64,000 nt of DNA from an uncultured Gemmatimonadales bacterium (GCA_963771275.1 CAVYSW010000010.1:256001-320000), one strand, 5' to 3'. Counted from the first letter of the stretch, positions 1 to 12,010 are shown. The notes: generated by a model not told the origin, from the letters alone. Numbers and translations: made by a program.

Positions 1-1080
1 CCGTGGCTGGCGGCTCCGTGGCTTGGCGTGCTGGTGGCCGCTGCGTGGTGGCAGCGCCGCCGCCCCGCGCGGCGCGTGGTCGAGCAGCGGTTTGCCGCGC
101 TGGCGGCGGCGGTGGCCTGGTCGACGGTTGCCGTGGCGGCGTGGCCTGCGCGGCAGTACGATGGGCTCACGATTCACGTCCTGTCCGTGGGGCAGGGCGA
201 CGCGATCGCCATCCGGTCCCCCCACGGCCGGTGGATGCTGGTGGATGGCGGGCCCCGCTCGCCCGCGGGGGGGGACGCCGGCCGGCGCGTGGTGGTGCCG
301 TTCTTGCGGCGCCAGGGAGCGCGGACGCTCGATGTGGTGGTGGTGAGCCACGCGGACGCGGACCACTTGGGGGGAATCCCCGCGACGTTGGCGGCCCTGC
401 CCGTGGGGGCCGTGCTCGAGCCGGGTCAGCCGGTCGGGACGGCGCTGTACCTCGAGTTCCTCGCCACCGTCGACCGGGTCGGCGCCGCGTGGCGACCGGC
501 GCGGGCTGGCGATCGGATCGAGTTGGACGGCGTCCAGGTTGAGGTGTTGCATCCCACCGCGCGCTGGCGGCAGCTGGAGGTGCGGACTAACGAGAACTCC
601 GTGGTGCTGCGGGTGAGCTACGGGGCGTTCGATGCCCTGCTGACCGGCGACATCGGGTTTCCGGCGGAGTCGGTGCTGGTGGACCGCGTCGGGCAGGCCG
701 AAGTGCTCAAGGTCGGTCACCACGGGTCGGCCGGGAGCTCGGGCGGCCGCTGGCTCGACGCGGTCGGTCCCCGGGTCGCCGTCATCAGCGTCGGCCCCAA
801 CGGCTTCGGCCACCCCTCCGCGGCGGCCCTCGCACGGCTCGCGGCCCACGCCGTCGACGTGTACCGGACCGATCGCGGCGGCACGGTGACGATCCGCTCG
901 GATGGACGCTATTTTTCGGTCGATCAAGCGCCTGCCAACCCTCTGCTCGAGAGGTTCCTTTGTCCGATTCTCGGCTGGTTACCATCGAGAGCTTCATCAT
1001 CGAGCAGGAGCGGCTGTTCCCGGAGGCCACCGGGGAGCTCACCAACCTCCTATACGACGTGGCCCTCGCCGCCAAGGTGA
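1..1080 (+). CDS. comEC: ComEC/Rec2 competence protein, C-terminal metallo-beta-lactamase domain (5' partial)
   Basis: Frame open from base 1; motifs [40 protein letters not shown], ISVGxNxFGHP, RTDRGG typical of the ComEC MBL domain. Confidence 0.9.
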   Translation, partial: PWLAAPWLGVLVAAAWWQRRRPARRVVEQRFAALAAAVAWSTVAVAAWPARQYDGLTIHVLSVGQGDAIAIRSPHGRWMLVDGGPRSPAGGDAGRRVVVPFLRRQGARTLDVVVVSHADADHLGGIPATLAALPVGAVLEPGQPVGTALYLEFLATVDRVGAAWRPARAGDRIELDGVQVEVLHPTARWRQLEVRTNENSVVLRVSYGAFDALLTGDIGFPAESVLVDRVGQAEVLKVGHHGSAGSSGGRWLDAVGPRVAVISVGPNGFGHPSAAALARLAAHAVDVYRTDRGGTVTIRSDGRYFSVDQAPANPLLERFLCPILGWLPSRASSSSRSGCSRRPPGSSPTSYTTWPSPPR

Positions 1081-1963
1081 TCTCCAACTACGTGCGGCGG
1101 GCCGGGCTCGCCGCGGTGCTGGGACGCGCGGGCGCGGTGAACGTCCAGGGCGAAGAGCAGCAGAAGCTCGATGTGCTGGCGAACGAGGTCATGAAGCACG
1201 TCATCCAGAAGACCGGCCGCGTGTGCGTGACCGCCTCAGAGGAGGACGCCGAGGCCGTGCCCGTGCAGCTCGAGCACAAGCCTGGCAAGTACGTGCTGCT
1301 GTTCGATCCGCTCGACGGCTCGTCCAACATCGACGTCAACGCCTCGATCGGGACGATCTTCTCGGTGTTCCGTCGGGTGACGCCCGAGGGGCAGCCCGGC
1401 ACCGAGGAGGACTGCCTCCAGGTGGGCCGCAAGCAGGTGGCGGCGGGGTACGTCATCTACGGGTCGAGCACGATCATGGTCTACAGCTCCGGGCCGGGCG
1501 GGGGGGTGCACGGGTTCACGCTCGACCCGCGAATCGGCGAGTTCCTGCTGAGCCACCCCAACATCGTGACGCCGCGCTCCGGGATGTACTACAGCGTGAA
1601 CGAGAGCAACTACGACCGGTGGTCGGCGGGCTATCGCGAGGTGGTGCGCGTGTTCAAGAGCCAGAAGAACTCGCGCTACATCGGCTCCCTGGTCGCCGAC
1701 TTCCACCGCAACCTGATCGCCGGCGGCGTGTTCATGTATCCGGCGGACAGCAAGTCGCCACGCGGCAAGCTGCGGCTGCTGTACGAGGCCGCCCCGCTCG
1801 CGTTCATCGCCGAGGCGGCCGGTGGGGCCGCGACCGACGGCGAGCAGCCGATCCTCGACATCGTGCCGGCGGCGCTGCACGAGCGGACGCCGCTCGTCAT
1901 CGGCAGCACGGACGACGTGGCGTTCGTCCAGGAAACGCTCGCCCGGGCGACGGTGGGCGTGGC

Positions 1964-1967
<4 letters not shown>
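960..1967 (+). CDS. fbp: Class 1 fructose-1,6-bisphosphatase
   Basis: [53 protein letters not shown] start with GAGAGG RBS. Confidence 0.95.
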
Positions 1968-3505
<1,538 letters not shown>

Positions 3506-3511
3506 CCCCTG

Positions 3512-4273
3512 CTATCGCACGACGAGGCTACAGCACGTCACGCCGCCCTCCGCCTTGGCCAGCTCGGACACGTCCACACCCCGGACGCCGAGGCCGCGCG
3601 CCTCGAGCCGCCGGCGCGTCCTGCGATAGGCGGACGGCACCAGCACCGTGTCCGTCACCCGGAGTGCGTTCGCGGCGAACGGCTCCCCAGGGTCCACGTC
3701 GATCAGGGCGAACCCGCGAAACGCCTCCGCGTCGACCCACGCCCGCTGAATCAACAGCGTGTCGTCCGCCACGGCCGTCACCGCCGACTTGAGGTGGAGG
3801 CAGTGCCGCACGGCCACGTCGATCACGCGGTACCCGTGCGGCGCGAGCAGGGAGCGGAGCTGCGCGCGGCCCGCCCGGTTGCTGCGTGTCGACGCCCCGA
3901 CAAACACGCATTCACCGATGCGCAGCACGTCGCCGCCGTCGAGCGTGCCCGGCGCCGCGATGTGACGCAGCGGGCGGGACGGCGCGAGCGCCGTGGCGAC
4001 GGAGGTCGTCTCCGGACGCCTGGACCGGGCACCGGGACGCGTGATCACGGCCAGCTCGTCGAACACGACGGCGGCATCTTCGACGAACACCGCGTCGGGC
4101 AGGTCCGGTTCCGCGGGGAGGCGCAGGACCGTGCAGCCGAGTGACGCCAGGGCGCGCTCGTACCGTGCGTGCTGCCGCGCGGCCTTGCGCCAGTCGATCG
4201 GCCGGCGTGGGACGTGGGTCAGCTGGCAGCGGGCGATGCTCGGGCTTACCGGGCGGGTGATCGCGATCGGCAT
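3512..4273 (-). CDS. ddaH: Dimethylarginine dimethylaminohydrolase (amidinotransferase family)
   Basis: PDAVFVEDAA, SRRPE, LDGGDVL, LHLKSAVT, ELAKAEGGVTCCS. Confidence 0.9.
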   Translation of the reverse strand: MPIAITRPVSPSIARCQLTHVPRRPIDWRKAARQHARYERALASLGCTVLRLPAEPDLPDAVFVEDAAVVFDELAVITRPGARSRRPETTSVATALAPSRPLRHIAAPGTLDGGDVLRIGECVFVGASTRSNRAGRAQLRSLLAPHGYRVIDVAVRHCLHLKSAVTAVADDTLLIQRAWVDAEAFRGFALIDVDPGEPFAANALRVTDTVLVPSAYRRTRRRLEARGLGVRGVDVSELAKAEGGVTCCSLVVR

Positions 4274-4478
4274 TCGGGCCAGTGCGGCCGGTGAAACTCG
4301 AGCACCACGGGTCGCGTCGCGGCCGGGATCATGGGGTACTGTCTGGCACCCGGTCCAACCGGCCGCAAGGGGTGGTCGGTGGGCCGAGGCCGGTGGTGAC
4401 CGGAGGGGGCATCCGCTTGCCGGCCGCTGTCGATCAGCTTAAGCTTATGATTCACTTGGGATTACAGGGCCCTCGAGG

Positions 4479-4691
4479 ATGCCGACATACAGCTATCGCT
4501 GCCCCGCGTGCGAGCACCGGTTTCAGCAGTTCGAGAAGATGTCCGCGAGCCCTCGGCCGATCTGCCCGGCGTGCGGCGAGCGTGCGGAGCGCCGCATCAC
4601 GGGTGGCGCCGGCCTCGTGTTGAAGGGGAGCCACGCGCCCGAGTCGCCGGGACCTGGCTCGTGCTGCGGCGGCGCGTGCGGCTGCCATTGA
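4479..4691 (+). CDS. FmdB-family zinc-ribbon protein with Cys-rich tail
   Basis: MPTYSYRCPACEHRF...CPACG, C-terminal CCGGACGCH; GAGG directly upstream. Confidence 0.85.
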   Translation: MPTYSYRCPACEHRFQQFEKMSASPRPICPACGERAERRITGGAGLVLKGSHAPESPGPGSCCGGACGCH

Positions 4692-4746
4692 CCGAGCCGT
4701 CCCGGACCGCGACTCTCACGTCTCCGTCGCACTAGCAGGCGTCGCC

Positions 4747-5061
4747 ATGCCGACCTATGCCTACCGCTGCCCCGCGTGCGGGCACGAGTTCCAGAAGTTC
4801 CATAAGATGAGCGTGCGGGCGCGTCCGAAGTGCCCCGCGTGCGGCACGCTTGCCCAGCGCGTCATCACGGGGGGGGTGGGGCTCCACTTCAAGGGTTCGG
4901 GTTTCTACGCGACGGACTACAAGAAGGGGCATAAGGCGCCGGAGAGGCAGGACGGGCCCAAGCAGGCGGTCGGTGACAAGAAGCCCGACGACAAGAAGCC
5001 CGACGACAAAAAGCCCGACGACAAGAAGCCGTCGACCAAGCAGCCCGGAGACGACCACTGA
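4747..5061 (+). CDS. FmdB-family zinc-ribbon protein with Lys/Asp repeat tail
   Basis: MPTYAYRCPACGHEF...CPACG...GLHFKGSGFYATDY. Confidence 0.9.
   Translation: MPTYAYRCPACGHEFQKFHKMSVRARPKCPACGTLAQRVITGGVGLHFKGSGFYATDYKKGHKAPERQDGPKQAVGDKKPDDKKPDDKKPDDKKPSTKQPGDDH
4975..5031 (+). repeat. 15-bp in-frame tandem repeat (GACAAGAAGCCCGAC x ~3.8) encoding DKKPD
   Basis: Three near-identical units plus a partial unit read directly. Confidence 0.9.
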
Positions 5062-5069
5062 CCGCCGGC

Positions 5070-6707
5070 GTGGGCCCGCTGCGGGAGGCGCTGCTGGCAA
5101 TCGCGCGCGATCTCGGCGCGCCCGACCTCGACATCCAGCTCGAGCGCCCGCGCGAGGACGCGCACGGCGATCTCTCCAGCAACCTCGCGCTCCAGCTCGC
5201 CAGCCGCCTGGGCAAGAAGCCACGCGACGTGGCGCGCGAGATCGTGACCCGCCTCCGCCTCCCGCCGGGGGTCGTCGAGAAGACCGAGATCGCGGGCCCG
5301 GGGTTCATCAACTTCTTCCTCGCGGGCAGCGCGCTCACCGCGGTGGTGCGCGCCGTGCTCAGGGCCGGTGCGGCGTACGGGACCAGCCAGGTCGGTCGCG
5401 GCGTCAGGGTGAACGTCGAGTTCGTGTCGGCCAACCCGACGGGGCCGCTCCACGTGGGCCATGGACGCGGCGCCGCGCTGGGTGACGCCGTGGCGTCGCT
5501 GCTGGAGGCCACGGGACACGCGGTCACCCGCGAGTTCTACGTGAACGACGCGGGGGTCCAGATCGATCGGCTGGCCCGCTCGCTGTGGGCCCGCGTGCAG
5601 CAGCGCGCCGGCCGCGCCGCCGAGATCCCCGAGGGCGGCTACCACGGTGAGTATCTCGGCGAGCTCGCCGCGGCGCTGCTGGAGCGGGAAGGCGCCGCGT
5701 TCGCCGACCTGCCGGAGGCTGAGGCGCTGACGCGCTGTCGTGCCGCGGCGCTGGCGACGCAGCGGGCGGAGCAGGACCGCGACCTCGCCGAATTCGGGGT
5801 GCGGTTCGACGTCGTGAGCAGCGAGCTGGATCTGTACGCCGGCGACCGGCTGGCCGAGACGCTCGCGGAGCTGGCGGCGCACGGGCTCACCTATGAGCGG
5901 GACGGAGCGCTGTGGCTCGCCACGTCGCGGTTCGGGGACGAAAAGGACCGCGTGATCCGCAAGCAGGACGGGACGTACACCTACTTCCTCCCCGACATCG
6001 CCTACCACCGTGACAAGGCGCGGCGCGGGTTTCACCGCGCGATCGACGTCTGGGGCGCCGACCACCACGGCTATGTCGCCCGGATGCGGGCGGCGATGGT
6101 GGGACTGGGACTCGCGCCGGACTTCTTCGCGGCCGTGCTGGTGCAGCTGGTCCGCATCATGCGCGCAGGAGAGGAGGTCCGCTTCTCGAAACGGTCGGGC
6201 GACTTCGTCACGCTGCGGGAGCTCTATCTCGAGACGGGGGTGGACGCGGCCCGCTACTTCTTCCTGTCGCGTCGCGCCGACTCGCAATTCGTGTTCGACG
6301 TGGATCTCGCGAAGCGACAGTCGGAGGAGAACCCCATCTACTACGTCCAGTACGCGCACACGCGCATCGCCGGGATCTTCCGCAATGCCGGGCTCGATCC
6401 GGCGGTGGTGGGACCCGACTTCGCCGATCCGGCGCCGCTCACGGCCGACGTCGAGCAGGAGCTGCTGAAGCAGCTCGGCCGGTATCCGGAACTGGTTGCC
6501 CGCGCGGCGGCCGAGCTGGAGCCGCACCGCCTCATCGCGTACCTGGAGGAATCGGCCCGCCTGGTGAACGCCTGGTACCACCACTACCGGGTGCTCGGCG
6601 AGCCCGCGCCGGTCGAGCGCGCGCGCCTGATGCTGGCCCGGGCGGTCCAGATCGTGCTGCGGAACGGCCTCGCGCTGCTGGGGATCACCGCCCCGGAACG
6701 GATGTGA
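5070..6707 (+). CDS. argS: Arginine--tRNA ligase
   Basis: HGDLSSN, AGPGFINF, VEFVSANPTGPLHVGHGR, GADHHGY, YVQYAHTR, C-terminal APERM. Confidence 0.97.
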   Translation: MGPLREALLAIARDLGAPDLDIQLERPREDAHGDLSSNLALQLASRLGKKPRDVAREIVTRLRLPPGVVEKTEIAGPGFINFFLAGSALTAVVRAVLRAGAAYGTSQVGRGVRVNVEFVSANPTGPLHVGHGRGAALGDAVASLLEATGHAVTREFYVNDAGVQIDRLARSLWARVQQRAGRAAEIPEGGYHGEYLGELAAALLEREGAAFADLPEAEALTRCRAAALATQRAEQDRDLAEFGVRFDVVSSELDLYAGDRLAETLAELAAHGLTYERDGALWLATSRFGDEKDRVIRKQDGTYTYFLPDIAYHRDKARRGFHRAIDVWGADHHGYVARMRAAMVGLGLAPDFFAAVLVQLVRIMRAGEEVRFSKRSGDFVTLRELYLETGVDAARYFFLSRRADSQFVFDVDLAKRQSEENPIYYVQYAHTRIAGIFRNAGLDPAVVGPDFADPAPLTADVEQELLKQLGRYPELVARAAAELEPHRLIAYLEESARLVNAWYHHYRVLGEPAPVERARLMLARAVQIVLRNGLALLGITAPERM

Positions 6708-7639
6708 TCGTGAGTCTCCTCGTCGTCGGCAGCATCGCGCTTGATTCGGTCGAGACGCCGTTCGGCTCCACGGCCGACGCCCTCGGCGGGTCCGCCGTGT
6801 TCTTCAGTGCGGCGGGCTGCCTGCTGCACCCCGTGCAGATGGTCGGCGTGGTGGGGGACGACTACCCGTTCGACCGGCTGGAGCGCATGGCGCGGCGCGG
6901 GATCGACCTGGCCGGGGTCGAGCGCACGCATGGCGAGAGTTTCCGCTGGAAGGGCAGATACTCCTACGACCTGCAGAACCGGGAGACGCTCGAGACCCGG
7001 CTCGGCGTGTTCGCCGAGTTCCAGCCGCGCATTCCGGCGGCGTTCCGCGATGCGCGGTACGTGTTTCTCGGCAACATCGATCCCGCGTTGCAGATCGGCG
7101 TGCTTGACCAGGTGCAGGATCCCGCGCTCGTCGCGTGCGACACGATGAATTACTGGATTCAGGGCAAGCGCGACGTGCTGCTCGAGCTGCTGCGCCGGGT
7201 TGACGTGCTGCTGGTCAACGACGCCGAAGCGCGCCAGCTTTCGGGCGACTGGAACATCTATCGGGCGGCGCGGTGGATCCTCAAGCACGGGCCGCGCCAT
7301 GTCGTGGTGAAGCAGGGCGAGTACGGCGCGCTGCTGGTGAACGAGGGTGGCGTGTTCTACGTGCCCGGCTACCCGCTCGAGGAGCTCTTCGATCCGACCG
7401 GGGCCGGCGACGCGTTCGCCGGAGGGTTCATGGCCCACGTGGCGCGCAGCGGCGACGCGACGCCCGAGAACCTGCGGCGGGCGATGGTGGTGGGCAGCGC
7501 GATGGGGTCGTTTGCCTGCGAGCAGTTCTCGGTGCACCGGTTCGACGCGCTGACCCCGGACGAGGTGGCGGCGCGGGTGCGCGCGTTCCGCGAGCTGGTG
7601 CGGTTCGACGTGGGGCCCTTCATGGAGGGCGGGGGCTGA
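6704..7639 (+). CDS. PfkB-family carbohydrate/nucleoside kinase
   Basis: LGGSA, VVKQGEYGA, DPTGAGDAFAGG PfkB signature. Confidence 0.9.
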   Translation: MIVSLLVVGSIALDSVETPFGSTADALGGSAVFFSAAGCLLHPVQMVGVVGDDYPFDRLERMARRGIDLAGVERTHGESFRWKGRYSYDLQNRETLETRLGVFAEFQPRIPAAFRDARYVFLGNIDPALQIGVLDQVQDPALVACDTMNYWIQGKRDVLLELLRRVDVLLVNDAEARQLSGDWNIYRAARWILKHGPRHVVVKQGEYGALLVNEGGVFYVPGYPLEELFDPTGAGDAFAGGFMAHVARSGDATPENLRRAMVVGSAMGSFACEQFSVHRFDALTPDEVAARVRAFRELVRFDVGPFMEGGG

Positions 7640-8661
7640 TGCCGGCGGATCGCTATCGTGTGGCGGGTGTCGATCTCGAGGCGGCGGAGGCGGCGAAGCG
7701 CCGCATCGTCGAGCTGGTCAAGGCGACCCGTACCGACCTCGCGCGCGGGCTGCTGGGGGGGTTCGGCGGCATGGTACGCCTGCCGGCCGACGTTCCCGAC
7801 CCGGTGCTCGTGATGAGCACTGACGGCGTCGGCACCAAGGTGCTCGTCGCGATTCGTGCGGGCCGGCACGACACGGTGGGCGAGGACCTGGTCAACCACT
7901 GCGTGAACGACATTCTGGTGCATGGCGCGCGGCCGCTCGCGTTCCTCGACTACATCGCGACCGCCGCGATGGACGTCGGAACCGTCGCCGGGCTGGTCGA
8001 AGGCGTGGCACGGGGATGCCGCGCGCACGCCATCACGCTGGCCGGGGGCGAAACCGCGCAGCTGCCCGACCTGTATCACCCCGGCCACTACGATCTCGCG
8101 GGCACGATCGTCGGCGTCGTGTCCGAGGGTGCGGCGCTGCACGGCGACCGCGTGCGCGCGGGCGACGTTCTGCTGGGCTACGCCTCGTCCGGTCTCCACA
8201 CCAACGGCTACACGCTGGCGCGGCGCATTGTGTTCGACGAGCTGTCGCTCGACGTGGACACGCACGTGCGGGAGCTGGGCATGACCGTGGCGGATGCGCT
8301 GCTCGCCGTCCACCGCAGCTACTGGCCGGCCCTGCAGCCGGTGCTCGATCGCGTGCACGCACTGGCGCACATCACGGGAGGCGGCATCCCGGGCAACCTG
8401 TCGCGCTCGCTGCCGGCGGGGCTGGCGGCGCGCGTGCGGTTCGGGGCGTGGCCGGTGCCGCCGCTGTTCGATTTCCTCGCGCGGGCGGGACGGGTGGCGG
8501 CGGACGAGATGGATCGCGTGTTCAACATGGGGATCGGCATGATCGCCGTCGTGGCGCCCGCCGCGGCGTCGGCGGTGCGTGCGGCCGCCGCCCGGGCGGG
8601 CGTGGACACGTGGGAGATCGGCGACATCGTGGCTGGGACGGGTGTCGAGATCGTGCGGTAG
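7639..8661 (+). CDS. purM: Phosphoribosylformylglycinamidine cyclo-ligase (AIR synthetase)
   Basis: YRVAGVD, GGFGG, STDGVGTK, GGETA, SSGLHTNGY, HITGGG, VFNMGIG; TGATG coupling. Confidence 0.96.
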   Translation: MPADRYRVAGVDLEAAEAAKRRIVELVKATRTDLARGLLGGFGGMVRLPADVPDPVLVMSTDGVGTKVLVAIRAGRHDTVGEDLVNHCVNDILVHGARPLAFLDYIATAAMDVGTVAGLVEGVARGCRAHAITLAGGETAQLPDLYHPGHYDLAGTIVGVVSEGAALHGDRVRAGDVLLGYASSGLHTNGYTLARRIVFDELSLDVDTHVRELGMTVADALLAVHRSYWPALQPVLDRVHALAHITGGGIPGNLSRSLPAGLAARVRFGAWPVPPLFDFLARAGRVAADEMDRVFNMGIGMIAVVAPAAASAVRAAAARAGVDTWEIGDIVAGTGVEIVR

Positions 8662-8662
8662 C

Positions 8663-9751
8663 ATGATCACCGAGCGCGAGGCGATGAACCGGGCCGTGAC
8701 CCTTGCCCTGCGGGGATGGGGCCGGGTGGCCCCGAACCCGCTGGTCGGGGCGGTGGTCATGCGCGAGGGTCGGGTTCTGGGGGAGGGCTGGCACGCGGAA
8801 TTCGGTGGCCCGCATGCGGAGGGCGTAGCGCTGAGCCGCTGCGCCGACCCGCGCGGGGCCACGGCGGTGGTCACGCTCGAACCCTGCGCGCACTACGGCA
8901 AGACGCCGCCGTGCACGGAGGCCCTGGCGGCCCAGGGGATCGCGCGGGTGGTGATCGCGGGGCGAGACCCCAATCCGGTCGCGCAGGGCGGCGCCGAGCA
9001 GTTGCGGGCCGCCGGCATCGAGGTCGAGATCGGCTTGGGCGCGGAGGAAGCCGCGGCGGCCAACGCGGCCTACCTGTGGTCGACCGTGCGGGGCGAGCGC
9101 CCGTTCGTCGCCGTCAAGGTCGCTGCCTCGCTCGACGGCTTCATCGCCGACGCGGAGGGACACTCGCAGTGGATCTCGGGTGCCGCCGCGCACGAGTTCG
9201 TGCACTGGCTGCGCGCCGGCTTCGACGCGATCGCGGTGGGGCGCGAGACCGCGGTGCGGGACGATCCGCAACTCACCGTGCGCGGCGCCGTGACGCCGCG
9301 GGTCCCGCCTGCCCGCGTGGTCTTCGCGGGGCGGGGACCGCTGCCCACCAGCTTGCGATGCCTCGATCCGGCAGGGGGCGGGCCGGCCATCGTGGTCACC
9401 CAGCCCGCCGTGGCGGCTGTGCGGCGCGCGGCGCTCGGGCCCGCGGGCGTCCGGCTGCTCGAGGCGGCCACGCCGGCGGCGGGGTTGGAGGGGCTGCGCG
9501 CGGCGGGGGTGCGCGCGCTGCTCGTCGAGGGCGGTGGCACCCTCGTGGGCAACCTGCTCGAGGCGGACCTCGTGGATCGGGTGTATCGCATCACCGCGCC
9601 GGTCTGGCTGGGCGCGGGAGCGCCCGCGTTTGGCAGCCGCGCAGGCGTGCCGCTCGGAGACGCCGCGCGCTGGGTGGTGACCGAGCGCCGTTCGCTCGGT
9701 TCCGATAACTTACTGGTCGTGGATCGCGCGCTGTGTTTACAGGGATCGTAA
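8663..9751 (+). CDS. ribD: Bifunctional riboflavin deaminase/reductase
   Basis: PNPLVGAV, HAE, TLEPCAHYGKTPPC, ASLDG, LVEGGG. Confidence 0.95.
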   Translation: MITEREAMNRAVTLALRGWGRVAPNPLVGAVVMREGRVLGEGWHAEFGGPHAEGVALSRCADPRGATAVVTLEPCAHYGKTPPCTEALAAQGIARVVIAGRDPNPVAQGGAEQLRAAGIEVEIGLGAEEAAAANAAYLWSTVRGERPFVAVKVAASLDGFIADAEGHSQWISGAAAHEFVHWLRAGFDAIAVGRETAVRDDPQLTVRGAVTPRVPPARVVFAGRGPLPTSLRCLDPAGGGPAIVVTQPAVAAVRRAALGPAGVRLLEAATPAAGLEGLRAAGVRALLVEGGGTLVGNLLEADLVDRVYRITAPVWLGAGAPAFGSRAGVPLGDAARWVVTERRSLGSDNLLVVDRALCLQGS

Positions 9752-10323
9752 CGGCCATGGGCCGCGTGGAGCGCGCCGAGCGGTCGACCGATCGATTGGG
9801 GCTCACGCTGCGCTCGCCGTACGAAGGCCTCGCGGTGGGCGACAGCGTGGCGGTGAACGGGGCGTGCCTCACCGTTGTCGAGACCGACGGGTGCCGCTTC
9901 CGGGTGGACGTGATCGTGACGACCCGGGGCCGCACGTGTCTCGAGGCGTTGCAGGTGGGCGATCCCGTGAATCTGGAACGGCCGCTCGGCGTGGGTGACC
10001 GGTTCGGTGGTCACTTCGTCCAGGGGCATGTAGACGGGCTCGGCGAGGTGCTGGCGGTCCGCGACGTGGCGGACGCCCGCCTGGTGGACCTGCGGCTCCC
10101 GCCGGACGTCGCGGAGCTGTCCGTGCCGCACGGCTCGATCGCCCTCGACGGGGTCAGCCTCACGATCAACGCCATCCCGTCACCCGACGTGATCCAGGTC
10201 GCACTCATCCCGTACACGCTCGTGGAGACCACGCTGGGAGGCTGGCGGGTCGGTGACCGCATACAGGTGGAGGGGGACATGCTGGGGAAGTACGTGCGGC
10301 GCCTCCTCCGGAAGGAATCATAG
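9733..10323 (+). CDS. ribE: Riboflavin synthase
   Basis: MFTGIV, GDSVAVNGACLTV, VNLER, GGHFVQGHVDG, GSIALDGVSLT. Confidence 0.95.
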   Translation: MFTGIVTAMGRVERAERSTDRLGLTLRSPYEGLAVGDSVAVNGACLTVVETDGCRFRVDVIVTTRGRTCLEALQVGDPVNLERPLGVGDRFGGHFVQGHVDGLGEVLAVRDVADARLVDLRLPPDVAELSVPHGSIALDGVSLTINAIPSPDVIQVALIPYTLVETTLGGWRVGDRIQVEGDMLGKYVRRLLRKES

Positions 10324-11529
10324 ATGCCGTTCGGCACGATTGATCAGGCGATTGCCGATGTCCGGGCGGGCCGGCTCGTCATCGTCGCGGATGACGAGGA
10401 TCGCGAGTGCGAGGGCGACCTCGTCGGCGCCGCGGAGCTGGTGACCCCCGAGACGATCAACTTCATGGTCACGCACGGGCGTGGCCTCGTGTGTCTCACG
10501 CTGATGCCGGAGCGGTGTGCGGCGCTCGGCCTGCCGCAGATGGCCGAGCACAACGCCGAGTCGTACGAGACGGCGTTCACCGTGAGCATCGACGCGGCCA
10601 AGCGGTTCGGCGTCACCACCGGGATCTCGGCGGCCGATCGCGCGAAAACCGTGCAGGTCGCGATCGATCCGGTGACCGATCCCGCGGACCTGCGGCGGCC
10701 GGGCCACGTGTTCCCCCTGCGGGCCCGTCCCGGCGGGGTGCTGCAGCGCGTCGGGCACACCGAAGCGAGCCTGGATCTGGCGCGGTTGGCGGGGCTGTAC
10801 CCGGCGGGCGTGATCTGCGAGATCCTGGCGCCGGACGGGACGATGATGCGACGCACGCAGCTCGAGCTGTTCGCCGCGCATCAGGGCCTGACGCTGGTGA
10901 CGGTGGCGCAGCTCGTGGCGTACCGGCTGCAGCACGAGCGCCTGGTCCATCGCGTCGCGGAGGCCCGGCTGCCCACGCAGTACGGGACGTTCCACATCGT
11001 GGGCTACCAGAACGACATCGACGACGCCGAGCACGTGGCGCTGGTGTACGGCGACGTGGCGGGCCGTGAGAGCGTATTGGTGCGGATGCACTCGAAGTGC
11101 CTCACGGGAGACGTGTTCGCGTCGGCCCGGTGCGACTGTGGCTGGCAGCTGCAGAGCGCGATGCAGACGATCGCCCAGGAGGGGGCCGGGGTCATCGTGT
11201 ACCTCGACCAGGAGGGTCGGGGCATCGGGCTGCTCAACAAGCTCAAGGCCTACGAGCTGCAAGACGCCGGGCACGACACCGTCGAGGCGAACGTCCGGCT
11301 GGGCTTCCCGCCGGACCTGCGCAACTACGGGATCGGGGCCCAGATCCTGATCGACCTCGGACTCTCGTCGATCCGCATCCTCACGAACAACCCGCGCAAA
11401 CTCGTGGGACTTGACGGGTACGGGCTCGAGATCGTGGCGCGCGTGCCGATCGTGCCGCCCGCCACGGACGAGAACCGTTCCTACCTCGAGGTCAAGCGCG
11501 ACAAGCTCGGCCACCTGCTGTCCGACTGA
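10324..11529 (+). CDS. ribBA: Bifunctional DHBP synthase / GTP cyclohydrolase II
   Basis: DDEDRECEGD, TAFTVSID, RPGHVFPL, HSKCLTGDVFASARCDCG, QEGRGIGL, LTNNPRK. Confidence 0.96.
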   Translation: MPFGTIDQAIADVRAGRLVIVADDEDRECEGDLVGAAELVTPETINFMVTHGRGLVCLTLMPERCAALGLPQMAEHNAESYETAFTVSIDAAKRFGVTTGISAADRAKTVQVAIDPVTDPADLRRPGHVFPLRARPGGVLQRVGHTEASLDLARLAGLYPAGVICEILAPDGTMMRRTQLELFAAHQGLTLVTVAQLVAYRLQHERLVHRVAEARLPTQYGTFHIVGYQNDIDDAEHVALVYGDVAGRESVLVRMHSKCLTGDVFASARCDCGWQLQSAMQTIAQEGAGVIVYLDQEGRGIGLLNKLKAYELQDAGHDTVEANVRLGFPPDLRNYGIGAQILIDLGLSSIRILTNNPRKLVGLDGYGLEIVARVPIVPPATDENRSYLEVKRDKLGHLLSD

Positions 11530-11530
11530 C

Positions 11531-12010
11531 ATGCGCGAGACCGACGCCACTCCCCGCACGCTCGCCGGGCGGGCCCTCGTCTGCGCGAGCCGGTTCAACG
11601 AAGCCGTGGGCCGGCGGTTGGTCGACGGCGCGCTGGCCGCTCTCGCCAGCGGCGGCTACGGCGTGGATCGCGTCGACGTCGCCTGGGTCACCGGGGCGTT
11701 TGAGCTCCCGCTCGTGCTCGATCAGGGGCTCCGCACGGGCCGGTACGACGTGGCGGTCGCCGTGGGCGCGGTCATTCGCGGGGAGACGCCGCACTTCGAG
11801 TACATCGCCCGGGAAGCGACGCGCGGCATCGGGACCGTCGCGCTCGCCCGCGGGGTGCCGATCGGCTTCGGGCTGCTCACCTGCGACACGCTGGAGCAGG
11901 CGCTCGAGCGCTCGGGAGGCGCGGCCGGCAACAAGGGGGGAGAGGCGGTGGACGCGGCGCTCAACTCGCGTCGCGTCATCGGCTGGCTCGCCGGCGATGC
12001 TCCGGCGTGA
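11531..12010 (+). CDS. ribH: 6,7-dimethyl-8-ribityllumazine synthase
   Basis: SRFN, GAFELP, GAVIRGETPHFEY, FGLLT, EQALERSG, NKG. Confidence 0.95.
   Translation: MRETDATPRTLAGRALVCASRFNEAVGRRLVDGALAALASGGYGVDRVDVAWVTGAFELPLVLDQGLRTGRYDVAVAVGAVIRGETPHFEYIAREATRGIGTVALARGVPIGFGLLTCDTLEQALERSGGAAGNKGGEAVDAALNSRRVIGWLAGDAPA

Noticed and set aside
902..1963. Apparent 350-aa N-terminal extension of the mutase ORF
   Set aside because: Off-frame overlap with fbp; the real start is GTG 1964
4438..4466. AT-rich dif/Xer-like imperfect palindrome (similar patch at 34900-34928)
   Set aside because: Symmetry too weak; more simply explained as promoter DNA
4689..4740. Possible Sec read-through after the Cys-rich FmdB tail (UGA plus a GCGAC/GTCGC stem)
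   Set aside because: The extension is out of frame with the next gene, looks non-coding, and the stem is not a convincing bacterial SECIS
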